Part shown: one piece after another, positions 1-9,687 of the stretch
How positions within the stretch are numbered: position 1 is the stretch's first letter
Layout: the number at the start of each line of letters is the position of its first letter
From: Haloquadratum walsbyi C23
Lineage (GTDB): Archaea > Halobacteriota > Halobacteria > Halobacteriales > Haloferacaceae
DNA: 32,000 nucleotides
NCBI RefSeq assembly: GCF_000237865.1
Contig: NC_017459.1
Span: 2,010,001-2,042,000, forward strand
Reading direction: 5' to 3'
Position numbers and translations under genes: made by a program
Notes under the pieces: model-generated
What the model saw: the letters and a program-made list of their open reading frames with translations, nothing else
Told to the model about the DNA's origin: nothing
The model's database searches: none

Positions 1-203
1 GTAATTAATCGATATATCATGCAGGTTATTTCTTGAGAACAGCTTTGTATCTATTCGACGTAATATGATGTTTTTATACTAAGTTGTAGTCGCACACAAA
101 CGCGAAATTGAGTATTGACGAGCGAAACGACTGAAATCAGAAGACAAAATAAAGAACTGTTCAACAGCTTTTTTGACTGAGATATGAATATATAATATTA
201 CGA

Positions 204-875
204 ATGAATACGTCGATGCAAACATATCTTGTCACACAGGAGGACCGCTCAGCCGGGCGATCAACAACCGAGATTGTTGAGGCGGCTATTGACGGAGGGA
301 TTGATATTGTGCAGTTACGTGAAAAGGAGACAACTGCTCGGAGGCGGTATGAGATCGGTCAGACAGTTCGTACGCAAACTGCCCAGGCGGGGGTGACGTT
401 TCTTGTGAACGACCGCGTAGATCTTGCTGCTGCCGTTAATGCTGATGGCGTTCATCTCGGCGATGATGATCTTCCAGTCACGGCTGCCCGAGAAGTTCTT
501 GGTCAGGACGCGATCATCGGACGGTCAGTCTCAACACCAGCAGCAGCTCAGAGAGCTGAAGATATCGGCGCAGATTATCTTGGGGTTGGGGCTGTGTATC
601 CAACAGGAACAAAAGACGTCACAGCTGAAAGCGCCGAGATAGGTCCGAAAACTGTGACCGCAATTACAGATGCAGTCTCCATCCCAGTTATCGGAATCGG
701 TGGGATTACCCCATCGAACACGACGGAGGTCATACGAGCAGGCGCGGATGGTGTCGCAGTTGTTTCTGCGATTACGACTGCCGATGATCCGGCTGCAGCG
801 ACGCGAAAGCTACAAGAATCGGTCGATACAGCCAGTGTAGAGAGCCAATTGCCTAGTGAGGAGCCATCAGCATAA
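204..875 (+). CDS. thiE: thiamine-phosphate synthase
   Basis: 223-aa ORF with TMP-synthase barrel motifs (IDIVQLREK, FLVNDRVDLA, GVHLGDDDLP, GADYLGVGAVYPTGTK, IPVIGIGGI). Its stop overlaps the thiM start (TAATG at 873-877). Confidence 0.9.
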   Translation: MNTSMQTYLVTQEDRSAGRSTTEIVEAAIDGGIDIVQLREKETTARRRYEIGQTVRTQTAQAGVTFLVNDRVDLAAAVNADGVHLGDDDLPVTAAREVLGQDAIIGRSVSTPAAAQRAEDIGADYLGVGAVYPTGTKDVTAESAEIGPKTVTAITDAVSIPVIGIGGITPSNTTEVIRAGADGVAVVSAITTADDPAAATRKLQESVDTASVESQLPSEEPSA

Positions 876-1741
876 TGAACGAAGATACCACAACACTTGT
901 CGAAGAAACGAATACGACTACCCAGGCTGCGCTGAGACAACTCGGTCAGACAACGCCACTCGTGAATGCCATTACGAACGACGTAACAGTAAATCAGGTT
1001 GCAAATATCATCTTACACTGGGGCGGGCTGCCGGTCATGTCGGATGACGTAAGAGAGCTTGATGAGATGGTTAACGCTGCAGAGGCGTGTCTCTTGAATA
1101 TGGGAACAGTGAGTGAAACGGGTGAGGAGGCGATGATGACCGCGGGACAAGCAGCCTCTGAGCACGATGCAGGATTGGTTCTTGATCCAGTTGGAGCTGG
1201 CGCGACAGCGACCCGATCACGGGTTGCAGAGCGATTAAGTACTACTCTCGATATTGATGTCATCAATGGAAATCGTGGTGAAGTCGCAGCGTTAGTCGGC
1301 GAGGATGCTGAGGTTCGGGGTGTTGAATCGGTTGGTGAACATCCCGATGCTGCCGAGACAGCGATTGCGTGTGCTCAACATACAGAAGCGGTTGTCGTTT
1401 CTTCAGGAGTAACTGATATTGTCGCGACAGCGGAAACAGCATTTGAGTTGAATGTCGGTGATGAAATGCTCGGAACTCTCGTTGGAACGGGGTGTATGCT
1501 TGGTGGAACAATCGCTGCATTTTGTGGTGGGTTAGATGACCCATTAACAGCCGCGCTGACGGGGACAGTTGCATTTGGGCTTGCGGGCGAAGCTGCAGCG
1601 AATGGTGAGTTTGGCGAGTATGCTGGTCCGGCGAGCTATGAGACAACAGTTCTTGATGCTGCAGCTGGAACCGACCCTGAGATGATAGCTGCTGTTGATA
1701 TTGATAACCGGGTTAATCGTGTGCTTGCAGAAGCCAAATGA
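875..1741 (+). CDS. thiM: hydroxyethylthiazole kinase
   Basis: 288-aa ORF with ThiM-like motifs (PLVNAITNDVTVNQVAN, GGLPVMS, LLNMGT, VLDPVGAGAT, INGNRGE, VSSG..D). Translationally coupled to thiE. Confidence 0.9.
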   Translation: MNEDTTTLVEETNTTTQAALRQLGQTTPLVNAITNDVTVNQVANIILHWGGLPVMSDDVRELDEMVNAAEACLLNMGTVSETGEEAMMTAGQAASEHDAGLVLDPVGAGATATRSRVAERLSTTLDIDVINGNRGEVAALVGEDAEVRGVESVGEHPDAAETAIACAQHTEAVVVSSGVTDIVATAETAFELNVGDEMLGTLVGTGCMLGGTIAAFCGGLDDPLTAALTGTVAFGLAGEAAANGEFGEYAGPASYETTVLDAAAGTDPEMIAAVDIDNRVNRVLAEAK

Positions 1742-1854
1742 ACAAATCTCTGTAGTTTCGATACGGTATGCAGAACAGATGAGAATCATAATCTGAATAC
1801 TATTACATACATAGGGAGACGCTCTTACTCAATATTCTACTCAAACGCGATGCA

Positions 1855-1884
1855 ATGCAGTGTAATGTAATGCAGTGTAATGTA
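1855..1884. repeat. perfect 15-bp tandem duplication (ATGCAGTGTAATGTA x2) in the thiM-thiD spacer
   Basis: Read directly: 1855-1869 is identical to 1870-1884. A partial unit (ATGCA) lies immediately upstream. Confidence 0.9.
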
Positions 1885-1942
1885 GCATAGTGTTGATACA
1901 ACGCCAGATAATATAATGCGGTGAAATAACGATATATACCAT

Positions 1943-2764
1943 ATGAACGAAACGACCACAGAACTACCGTACGCACTCACAATCGCCTCCAGTGATTCTA
2001 GTGGAGGAGCGGGGATTCAAGCAGATCTAAAAACAATGACTCGATTCGGCGTGTATGGCGGGTCTGTCGTTGTATCAACAACAGCACAGAATACACAAGG
2101 TGTTGATTCAACACATGTTCTCCCGCCTGCAGAAATTCGCACACAGTTTGAGTCGGTCGCTGAGGATATCGACATTGATGCGATTAAACTTGGGATGTTA
2201 GCTACTGCTGAAGCCATTGAGACCGTTGATGATTGTCTCATGGAATATGATGGACCAGTTGTCATTGATCCCGTAATGGTAGCAACATCGGGGGATCGAC
2301 TGCTTGCAGAGAATGCGATTGATGTATACACTGATCTATTTTCACATGCAACCCTCCTCACACCAAATGCCGATGAGACAGAAGCACTCACTGGTGTATG
2401 GCCTGATACTGTTGAGGCGCGTGAACGTGCGGCTGAGCAGTTTTTTGATTGGGGTGTTGATGCGGTATTATTCAAGGGCGGTCATATAGAAACTGATGAA
2501 AATACCGTCCAGGATATACTCATTGGTGCGGATGCAGGAACACAACTTACGATCACCGGTGACCGCGTTGAGACAGCTCACACCCATGGGTCAGGATGTA
2601 CACTTGCAAGTGCGATTGCCGCTGGGCTTGCTCATGATGTTGATATCGAAACGGCTGTATCAGATGGCGTAGAGTTTGTTCAAACCGCACTACAAGACGC
2701 AGCCACGATTGGTGCGAATGGAAGCGTAAATCATCTTGTCGAGTTCACCCGGGACGCTGACTGA
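1943..2764 (+). CDS. thiD: hydroxymethylpyrimidine/phosphomethylpyrimidine kinase
   Basis: 273-aa ORF with ThiD/PfkB-type motifs (LTIASSDSSGGAGIQADLKT, IKLGML, VVIDPVM, LLTPN..E, HGSGCTLASAIAAGLA). Stand-alone, with no ThiN fusion. Confidence 0.9.
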   Translation: MNETTTELPYALTIASSDSSGGAGIQADLKTMTRFGVYGGSVVVSTTAQNTQGVDSTHVLPPAEIRTQFESVAEDIDIDAIKLGMLATAEAIETVDDCLMEYDGPVVIDPVMVATSGDRLLAENAIDVYTDLFSHATLLTPNADETEALTGVWPDTVEARERAAEQFFDWGVDAVLFKGGHIETDENTVQDILIGADAGTQLTITGDRVETAHTHGSGCTLASAIAAGLAHDVDIETAVSDGVEFVQTALQDAATIGANGSVNHLVEFTRDAD

Positions 2765-2875
2765 TTCGTCTGATTTGATAGACGTGAATGGCTGAATGGT
2801 GCGATGTTATTATTTTGGATATTGCAGTGATATTCAATTGAAATCAAAATATTAACCATACTTATGTTTCGAGTC

Positions 2876-3592
2876 TTACGTGGGTCGCTCATTCGGATCT
2901 TCAATAACAACTGGGCAGTTTTGTTGTGCGACATCAATAACAAATGCATCGGCGTCAGTGCTGAGTAAGTCAATCGTGTCGTAGTGGATTGGAATTGTCA
3001 GTTGAGGATCAAGCGCAGCGGTAAGGGATGCTGCTGCATGGCGGTTCATAACTACGCTTCCACCGATATTCGCTAAGAAAACATCAACCGGCAATCGCTG
3101 AAATCCAGTCAACACATCTGAATCACCAGGCCAAAAAATCGAGAGGTTATTTATTGAAAGTCGATATCCACAGCCAAGCCCACGTGGATGCACAACAGAG
3201 CCATCTGCTTCTGCGGTCGGTCCATCTGGGTCATTATATGCTGGAAGACTCCAGATGTCAACTGGACCAACGACACAATGAGATTCAGCATCAATGCGGA
3301 TTGTGTCGTATGACAGATTTGAAACGGCTGTGACGTCGCGATCGATTTGCTCTGTTTTGATGCCCTCGAATGCAACAATGGTTGCCGTTTCATCGGCGAC
3401 CTGATTGATAGCATCGGAATCATAATGATGGTTATGAGTAACAACCACGAGATCGCCGTCATGAGCGTAGTAATTGTCAAGAACGCCATACCGACCTGGG
3501 TCAATATATGTCACAAAGCCATCTGCACTCTCAATTCGAACGGTTGCATATCCAAGCCATGATATACTGAGAGATTCGATACGAACAGTCAT
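2876..3592 (-). CDS. metal-dependent hydrolase, MBL fold (UPF0173-like)
   Basis: 238-aa acidic ORF with a histidine cluster (VVVTHNHHYDSD) typical of the beta-lactamase-fold HxHxDH motif. Substrate unknown. Confidence 0.75.
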   Translation of the reverse strand: MTVRIESLSISWLGYATVRIESADGFVTYIDPGRYGVLDNYYAHDGDLVVVTHNHHYDSDAINQVADETATIVAFEGIKTEQIDRDVTAVSNLSYDTIRIDAESHCVVGPVDIWSLPAYNDPDGPTAEADGSVVHPRGLGCGYRLSINNLSIFWPGDSDVLTGFQRLPVDVFLANIGGSVVMNRHAAASLTAALDPQLTIPIHYDTIDLLSTDADAFVIDVAQQNCPVVIEDPNERPT

Positions 3593-3788
3593 GATATGTA
3601 TTCAAGAAACTGTTGTAAAAAGTTCTCTGGAGACTCCAATTAAAGTAAATATATTGATATTTCGACACATTTCATTGAGTGATTCCAATCCGTGGGTCAT
3701 AGCAATATAAAATATCAGATGATACGATGAAAAAGATTAGTGGGGTTATGCTTGAGGTGAAAGGGCGCTGAAGTAATTCTTCGTATCA

Positions 3789-5645
3789 CTAATCAGGTGA
3801 CTCGCCTGTGGTGAGATGTTTGATTCGAGAAAGTGAATCAACGTCGCTGATTGCTTTGTCATGTCGGATTCCAACAACACGCGGAAACCGGAGGGCAAAT
3901 CCAGAGTCATACGTCGGTGAGCGTTGAATCTCCTCATATCCAACTTCAACAACAATTGCGGGTTCAATCATGACGGTCTGTCCATCTTCTGAGCGAACAT
4001 GTGGGCGCAATTGCTCAGTTAGGGTTGTAAGTTGGTCATCTGTGAGTCCTGTTGCAACTTTCCCGAGTGAATTAAATTGCTGTTCATCTGCTGTTGTTCG
4101 TGCAGAAACAACAAACGTTCCAAACACATTTGCACGCCGACCTTCGCCCCACTCGGCACCGGTAACAACAAGATCAAGTGTTTCAACATCGGGTTTGTGT
4201 TTAAGCCAGTGTTGTCCACGGGATCCTGGGTTGTATGTTGAGTCAGGATCTTTCAGCATGACACCCTCATGTCCATTTGAAAGGGCTTTGCTCCGTGCTT
4301 GCGCAATTACATTGGGGTCAGTTGTGAGTTGGAATGGTGAGAGGGCATCAGTCGTATTGAATAACTCACGAAGTCTCTCCCGTCGTTCACGGAGTGGTAT
4401 ATCAAGTAAATCAGCGTCATCGATATGGAGACAATCAAACACATATACGTTGAGATTGACAGACTCACGCATTGCATCAATATCGTATTTTCGCCGAAAT
4501 CGACGAAGGACCTCCTGAAATGCCAATGGGTCATCATCATCGCTTACCGCGACGACCTCAGCATCAAGAATAGCTGGAACGGTAACTTTCTGAGAAATAA
4601 ACTCAACAATCTCGGGAAGCGGATCAGTAACATCCTCCATATTGCGTGAATACAACGAGACTGACTCGCCATCTGTGTGTATCTGTACTCGTGCTCCGTC
4701 AAATTTCGTCTCAATAGCCACCGCATCCCACGTATCAACAGCATCAACACCGTCGGCTGCTTGTGCAAGCATTGCCTGGATTGGTCGCCCGACTTCAAGA
4801 CTGATATCTATAAGTCCTGCTTGCCCCTGGTTTCGTGCAATAGTAGCAACCATGCCATAATCATTTGATACCTGCAACGCACGTTCAACAACTGCAGATG
4901 GATCTACATTAGAAGACGTATCAGGGTCGCTTTCTTTAGTTTGTACACTCTCAGACGTATTCGGGCTTGTGTCACCGCTGATTTTATTAGTCATCTCCGG
5001 TTGGGACGCAGGAGGCACTGATTCGGCATCTTCACGAGATTCTAGTGTTTTCTTATCGGCATCTGCCGCTGGTTCGATAAACCCTGAGATAATTGCATCA
5101 CGAACAGTTCCAGTTCCAACACCAATTCGCATTTCACCGAGGATGAGTCGTGCAAGAACGCGAGCTTCTGATGATGAGGCCTGAGAGAACAATCCGAAAA
5201 GCAGATTACGACGACGGCTTTCGCTCCCATCACCACTTGCTGATGCAACTGCACGAAGCGTTTTATCGACGTGACCGACGGTTAGCGAATCTGGCGTCGA
5301 TGGAGTAAATGCAGACAATCCCTGCTGCCCGTTCAGATCATAACTCGCTGCGACAGCCCCAATCTCGCCATACTCTGCAAGGCGATTTTCAACATCTGCT
5401 GAGTCAACATTCGGTCCAGCAGCCTGAGCAATCGTCGTATGTAACAACGCGGGTCCAATATCGAGGGTTTGTGATGACCATGCAGGAAACACCGTTCCTT
5501 TAATAAACCGAACAACAATACTGAGCGTTTTGTCATCCATGTTTCCAGCCGTTGTTAATAATTTACTAACAAGTGAAGTAATCTCTAGATCTGCAGATTC
5601 AGCCTCAATCGTAATAACATGATTAGCAAAATCATCAAACTGCAT
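3789..5645 (-). CDS. ligA: ATP-dependent DNA ligase
   Basis: 618-aa ORF with the adenylation motif I (IETKFDGARVQIH), later motifs (EGVMLK, WLKHK) and OB-fold C-terminal motifs. Carries a low-complexity acidic/Ser-rich linker at about aa 192-250. Confidence 0.92.
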   Translation of the reverse strand: MQFDDFANHVITIEAESADLEITSLVSKLLTTAGNMDDKTLSIVVRFIKGTVFPAWSSQTLDIGPALLHTTIAQAAGPNVDSADVENRLAEYGEIGAVAASYDLNGQQGLSAFTPSTPDSLTVGHVDKTLRAVASASGDGSESRRRNLLFGLFSQASSSEARVLARLILGEMRIGVGTGTVRDAIISGFIEPAADADKKTLESREDAESVPPASQPEMTNKISGDTSPNTSESVQTKESDPDTSSNVDPSAVVERALQVSNDYGMVATIARNQGQAGLIDISLEVGRPIQAMLAQAADGVDAVDTWDAVAIETKFDGARVQIHTDGESVSLYSRNMEDVTDPLPEIVEFISQKVTVPAILDAEVVAVSDDDDPLAFQEVLRRFRRKYDIDAMRESVNLNVYVFDCLHIDDADLLDIPLRERRERLRELFNTTDALSPFQLTTDPNVIAQARSKALSNGHEGVMLKDPDSTYNPGSRGQHWLKHKPDVETLDLVVTGAEWGEGRRANVFGTFVVSARTTADEQQFNSLGKVATGLTDDQLTTLTEQLRPHVRSEDGQTVMIEPAIVVEVGYEEIQRSPTYDSGFALRFPRVVGIRHDKAISDVDSLSRIKHLTTGESPD

Positions 5646-5845
5646 TAATATATACTTACCACTGATTCTAAAAGAGTGCGGCGACTTATGATATCAAAAT
5701 TGGCATACTAACAGATGATCTGATCCCGGAGAAAACAAGTAAAGTCAATCTGAGCGAGTGTTCGGAGTGATATTCTCTTTGATTGATACTAATATGTCAG
5801 ATTAAATCCACCGGATTCAAGCCATCGGGTCGTCCATCATGGCGT

Positions 5846-7378
5846 ATGACCGATGAGTTGGCGGCGGAGGTTCGCGACGCCCTTGCCGTCGATGCAGAGG
5901 GCTTCAACGATCGCGCACTGGCAGATGCGGACGTTGTAAAGGATGAACTTGCAGCAGGCACCTTTGACAATCATCAAGCTATCATTGGATTGGAGTACGA
6001 ATTTTATGCAGTCGCTGATGGTCGGTGGGCAGCCTCTAATGATGGTGATGTTTATGGATTGATGCGTGTTCCACGGCGTTTGCTTGAGCACGTTGGATTT
6101 GAGAAAGAACTTGGATTACATAACGCGGAAATGACGACAAATCCACAACCACTGAATGCAAGTGGATTGCGTGCGCAAGAATCAGAAGTTCGTGCACAAC
6201 TTCGCGCAGCACTGCAGTGCACAAGTGCTGAAGGGATCCGACTGGTTAGCGATGGGCTGTGGACTATTCCACCAGCAGGTGAGACAGCAGAAGAGTATCT
6301 CACAAACAGTGTCGATGACGATGGTGTTCGAATTGCAACGAATATGAGCGGGTCGGTACGGTATCATGCAATGGCGAATGGTCCGCGAGTTCCAGATACT
6401 GTGATGCTTGATGCGCCACATGTGTCACTTCCAGCTGATACGGTTATGCCGGAGTCCCTAATCAGTTCAATCCAACCACACTTCCAGGTTGCACACGCCG
6501 CTGACTTACCAACATATTTTAATTACGCTCTTCGCATCGCCGGACCACTGCTTGCCCTCGGGGTCAACTCACCATTTTTTCCACCAGACCTATACGACGA
6601 TGTTGGTGCACAGCAGATTCTTGCTGATGGTCATGCCGAAAACCGGATTCATGTCTTTGAGTCGGTTTTGAACACGGCTGATGCGGAGAAAGTCCGGTTT
6701 CCACAGGATCTTAATACAGTCGAAGATGCAGTCGATCGGGTAGCAGACGATGCAACGATTGTTCCGATGCCAGTCCCTCGAGGTGACCGTTTTGATGATA
6801 ACTTCGCCACACTGCGACGAAAGCATGGGACGTACTGGCGATGGATACGCCCTGTATTTGACGGTGCATCACGGTCCTCGGCAAATGCTCGCATTGAGTT
6901 CCGTCCACTCCCCGCACAACCAACAGTTCGTGATTCAATGGCATTCCAAGCAACATTCGCTGGCTTGATGAAGAGTCTTCCACGGCGAGAACATCCTGTC
7001 GTCAATCAAAGTTGGTCAACTGCACACGAGAATTTCTATGCTGCGATGCGATCTGGGCTTGACAGCCGACAACGATGGATATGCAATGATGGTGTCGAAA
7101 CAATTGATCAAGAAGCGATTTATGATGATATTTTTGCACACGCGATTGATGGATTGACCGCCAGTGGTTGCTCTAAATCAACTGCAGAGACGTATGTTGA
7201 ACCGTTACGACACCGTGTCAAGACACAAATGACACCGGCAAGTTGGAAGGTTACCCAGGTTCGTAATCATCTGACTGATGGGACAGACTTCGCTGCTGCC
7301 GTCGCGGAAATGCAGCGAGCATATATAAAAGAACAACGAGAAACGCTTCTTGATGAATCATTCCTCGCGTGGGAATGA
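5846..7378 (+). CDS. glutamate-cysteine ligase family (carboxylate-amine ligase, GCS2-like) protein
   Basis: The listed ORF begins at TTG 5783. The ATG at 5846 (MTDELAAEV) is the more plausible start. GCS2-like features are present (IGLEYEFY, LHNAEMTTNP, IQPHFQV, SPFFP, ARIEFRPLP). Haloarchaea make gamma-glutamylcysteine, so a GshA-type role is plausible but not shown here. Confidence 0.6.
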   Translation: MTDELAAEVRDALAVDAEGFNDRALADADVVKDELAAGTFDNHQAIIGLEYEFYAVADGRWAASNDGDVYGLMRVPRRLLEHVGFEKELGLHNAEMTTNPQPLNASGLRAQESEVRAQLRAALQCTSAEGIRLVSDGLWTIPPAGETAEEYLTNSVDDDGVRIATNMSGSVRYHAMANGPRVPDTVMLDAPHVSLPADTVMPESLISSIQPHFQVAHAADLPTYFNYALRIAGPLLALGVNSPFFPPDLYDDVGAQQILADGHAENRIHVFESVLNTADAEKVRFPQDLNTVEDAVDRVADDATIVPMPVPRGDRFDDNFATLRRKHGTYWRWIRPVFDGASRSSANARIEFRPLPAQPTVRDSMAFQATFAGLMKSLPRREHPVVNQSWSTAHENFYAAMRSGLDSRQRWICNDGVETIDQEAIYDDIFAHAIDGLTASGCSKSTAETYVEPLRHRVKTQMTPASWKVTQVRNHLTDGTDFAAAVAEMQRAYIKEQRETLLDESFLAWE

Positions 7379-7508
7379 TCCTATGCGTAGGATCTCATAT
7401 TGATCACTTCGAATAGTTTCACCGGCGGTGTCGAATGACGCGGGTTCAGCGGTTCCTATCACCGACACAAATAATCACGGTAATAAAAACTTGCACTAAT
7501 CACTATCA
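7377..7508 (+). repeat. interspersed ~130-bp repeat, copy 1 (no ORF)
   Basis: Aligns to the reverse complement of 13155-13287. The 101-nt core has 10 mismatches by manual alignment. Starts at the stop codon of the upstream CDS. Confidence 0.85.
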
Positions 7509-7712
7509 GTAGATGCACTGAGAAAATCCGAGAATCGGTATCTGAATATTATTTCACAGAGTTACAAGCCGGATGCCACAGGGCTTGACCCCAAGATGCT
7601 TCACAATAATAGTAATACTATCTGAGTATCGTATGAGGAACAGACGAGAATATCAAAATGTCAAAACGTGAATACTCACGACAATTGCAATAATTAAGCG
7701 GCAACTCTCAAT

Positions 7713-8444
7713 TTAAACAAGCTCTTCGAAGTCCTCGTGCTGCGTGATCTCAACACCATCTTCTGTAACGACACAGACATTAATTCCATTTCCAGAGGCA
7801 AGGTCACGCTCAACAGCACTTTCAATTGAACGCGCAGCGACTGTTTTTGCCTCTTCAATCGACAGATCTTCGTTATATTGTTGTTCGAGAACACCAAGTG
7901 CGTACTGACTTCCTGACCCAGTAACCGTATACTCCTCTTCAATGATTGACCCAGCAGGGTCGATGCTGTAGATATGTGGTCCATCATCGTCAACGCCACC
8001 GAGAATAGGTTGCACAATAAAGAAGCCACCTGAGCGAAGGAAGTTTCCAAGAAGAGTCGAGAGTGCTTCCATACTCATGTCTTCACCACGTCGTGCCTCA
8101 TATAGTCGAACCTCTGCTCGGATCGAACTAATCAATGATTGTGCGGCTGAGACTGATCCAGCAATTGTCAATGCACCAGTTGGGTGAATTTCTTCGACCT
8201 TCTGGACATCCTTTGATGAAACCATTCGACCAAGACTCGCACGCATATCTGTTGCGAGGACAGTACCATCCTGGGTCTTGAGTCCGACCGTTGTCGTTCC
8301 AGTTTTTGTTTCCATATCGCCGATATCATTAGCGCGGTCATCAGCGTTCGGGAACTCACCAAGTTCCGGTGAAAAAACGTCACTGCGGTCACCATTCAGA
8401 GAGTCTGGTCGTCCAGAGATATCATTATTCATGGGCGTACGCAT
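7713..8444 (-). CDS. psmB: proteasome subunit beta
   Basis: 243-aa ORF with a propeptide followed by the catalytic-Thr site (KTG/TTTVGLKTQDGTVLATDMRAS). Ntn-hydrolase beta-subunit pattern. Confidence 0.92.
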   Translation of the reverse strand: MRTPMNNDISGRPDSLNGDRSDVFSPELGEFPNADDRANDIGDMETKTGTTTVGLKTQDGTVLATDMRASLGRMVSSKDVQKVEEIHPTGALTIAGSVSAAQSLISSIRAEVRLYEARRGEDMSMEALSTLLGNFLRSGGFFIVQPILGGVDDDGPHIYSIDPAGSIIEEEYTVTGSGSQYALGVLEQQYNEDLSIEEAKTVAARSIESAVERDLASGNGINVCVVTEDGVEITQHEDFEELV

Positions 8445-8698
8445 TGATTTTGTTTATTGCCCGCCGGTGATAAATGCCACCCTTCTGTGATTATATGTGA
8501 GTGAAGCAATGATACCGTGTGGAATAGATGAATCAATGATCTCAAATTTATTATCCTCTCGCTATGAATAGTATTGGTAATGAGCGTGTGGGACAGGGAC
8601 AGTTCAACACGTGAGAATATGACATAGTAGGCATCGATCCGATACGCATACAATATTTATTGGATCGGGAGTTGTGCTCACTCAGTTCACGGTTATGG

Positions 8699-8878
8699 TT
8701 ATTCGTCCTGATCGGCAGTTTCTTCATAAGTCTGTGCTGCGGTATCAACAACCCGTCCAATAGGGAGCGTCAGACCGAATCGCTGTGCAAGGAGCGCAAA
8801 CGGTAGCGCTACAATACCAATCATCACCGTTATTTGATAGCACACAAACGCACTCGCCCGCCGCAAATCTGTCATCAT
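8699..8878 (-). CDS. small membrane protein, hypothetical
   Basis: Trimmed from the 79-aa ORF to the internal ATG ATG (MMTDLRR). One hydrophobic helix (ITVMIGIVALPFALLA) plus an acidic tail. No recognisable family. Confidence 0.35.
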   Translation of the reverse strand: MMTDLRRASAFVCYQITVMIGIVALPFALLAQRFGLTLPIGRVVDTAAQTYEETADQDE

Positions 8879-9231
8879 CGTCCTAGTGGCAACCGGTAAC
8901 TCCAGTATATAAATATACTCATTCTGGGGAGCGAACATGGTCGTCGCCGTCTGTTGGTTTGCTTGATATCGGTTATATAGATCACATATATTATCACCAT
9001 CATAAATTTAGACACAAACACTGGCGTTTTGTGAGTAATTCTCATAAGTTATGAGTGGGTCCTCGATGGCATCCGCGGCGAACTCGAAGTCGGCTAACAA
9101 CGTGTTTGAATCAGAGATAACCCGTTTGTGGGGTCATTCGACACAGGAGTGATGATATGGGCGGGCATTGCCATTGCTAGATAGCGCTCTTGAACCGGAA
9201 GACACGATAGTCTTGGGTGGTATGAATTCGT

Positions 9232-9588
9232 ATGACTAATTATCTTGTCGCGATGGAAGCCGCATGGCTCGTTCGCGACGTGAATGATATTGATGACGCT
9301 ATTGGTGTTGCTGTCAGCGAAGCGGGAAAGCGGCTCAATGATCGAGATAAGGAATATGTCGAGGTTGAGGTGGGGGCAACACCATGTCCGGCTTGTGGTG
9401 AGCCATTTGACTCGGCATTTATTGCTGCGGATACAGCGCTTGTTGGACTATTATTAGAGATTACAGTGTTCAACGCCGATGGTGAGAAGCATGCCTCTCG
9501 AATTGCAAAAAGTGAGGTTGGTGGCGCACTGAGAGATGTCCCATTATCCGTAATTGATTGTGTCGAGACAGAAGATGATGATACCTGA
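9232..9588 (+). CDS. UPF0212/DUF555 family protein
   Basis: 118-aa acidic ORF of the archaeal DUF555 type (N-terminal YLV..EAAW.V, central CPACGEPF). Confidence 0.75.
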   Translation: MTNYLVAMEAAWLVRDVNDIDDAIGVAVSEAGKRLNDRDKEYVEVEVGATPCPACGEPFDSAFIAADTALVGLLLEITVFNADGEKHASRIAKSEVGGALRDVPLSVIDCVETEDDDT

Positions 9589-9668
9589 TGATCTTCCAGA
9601 AGATTATTAATCCAGATGTACTCTGGACCGGCATACGTTCACCCGCGGAGTGAACTGTGATGCGTATA

Positions 9669-9687
9669 ATCGCTAGTTGTCCACTCT
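9669..9687 (+). repeat. IS left terminal inverted repeat
   Basis: ATCGCTAGTTGTCCACTCT is the exact reverse complement of 11163-11181. Confidence 0.9.

Noticed and set aside
1-203. Possible TPP riboswitch upstream of thiE
   Set aside because: Only a lone CTGAGA (178-183) is present. I could not find the paired P1-P3 stems or the conserved pyrimidine-sensing ACCTGATCTGGAT-like arm, and the region is extremely AT-rich. It looks like a plain promoter spacer.
9052-9153. 33-aa ORF (MSGSSMASAANSKSANNVFESEITRLWGHSTQE) upstream of the DUF555 gene
   Set aside because: It is short, low-complexity and non-acidic, with no cysteine or other motif. The evidence is insufficient to call it a gene.
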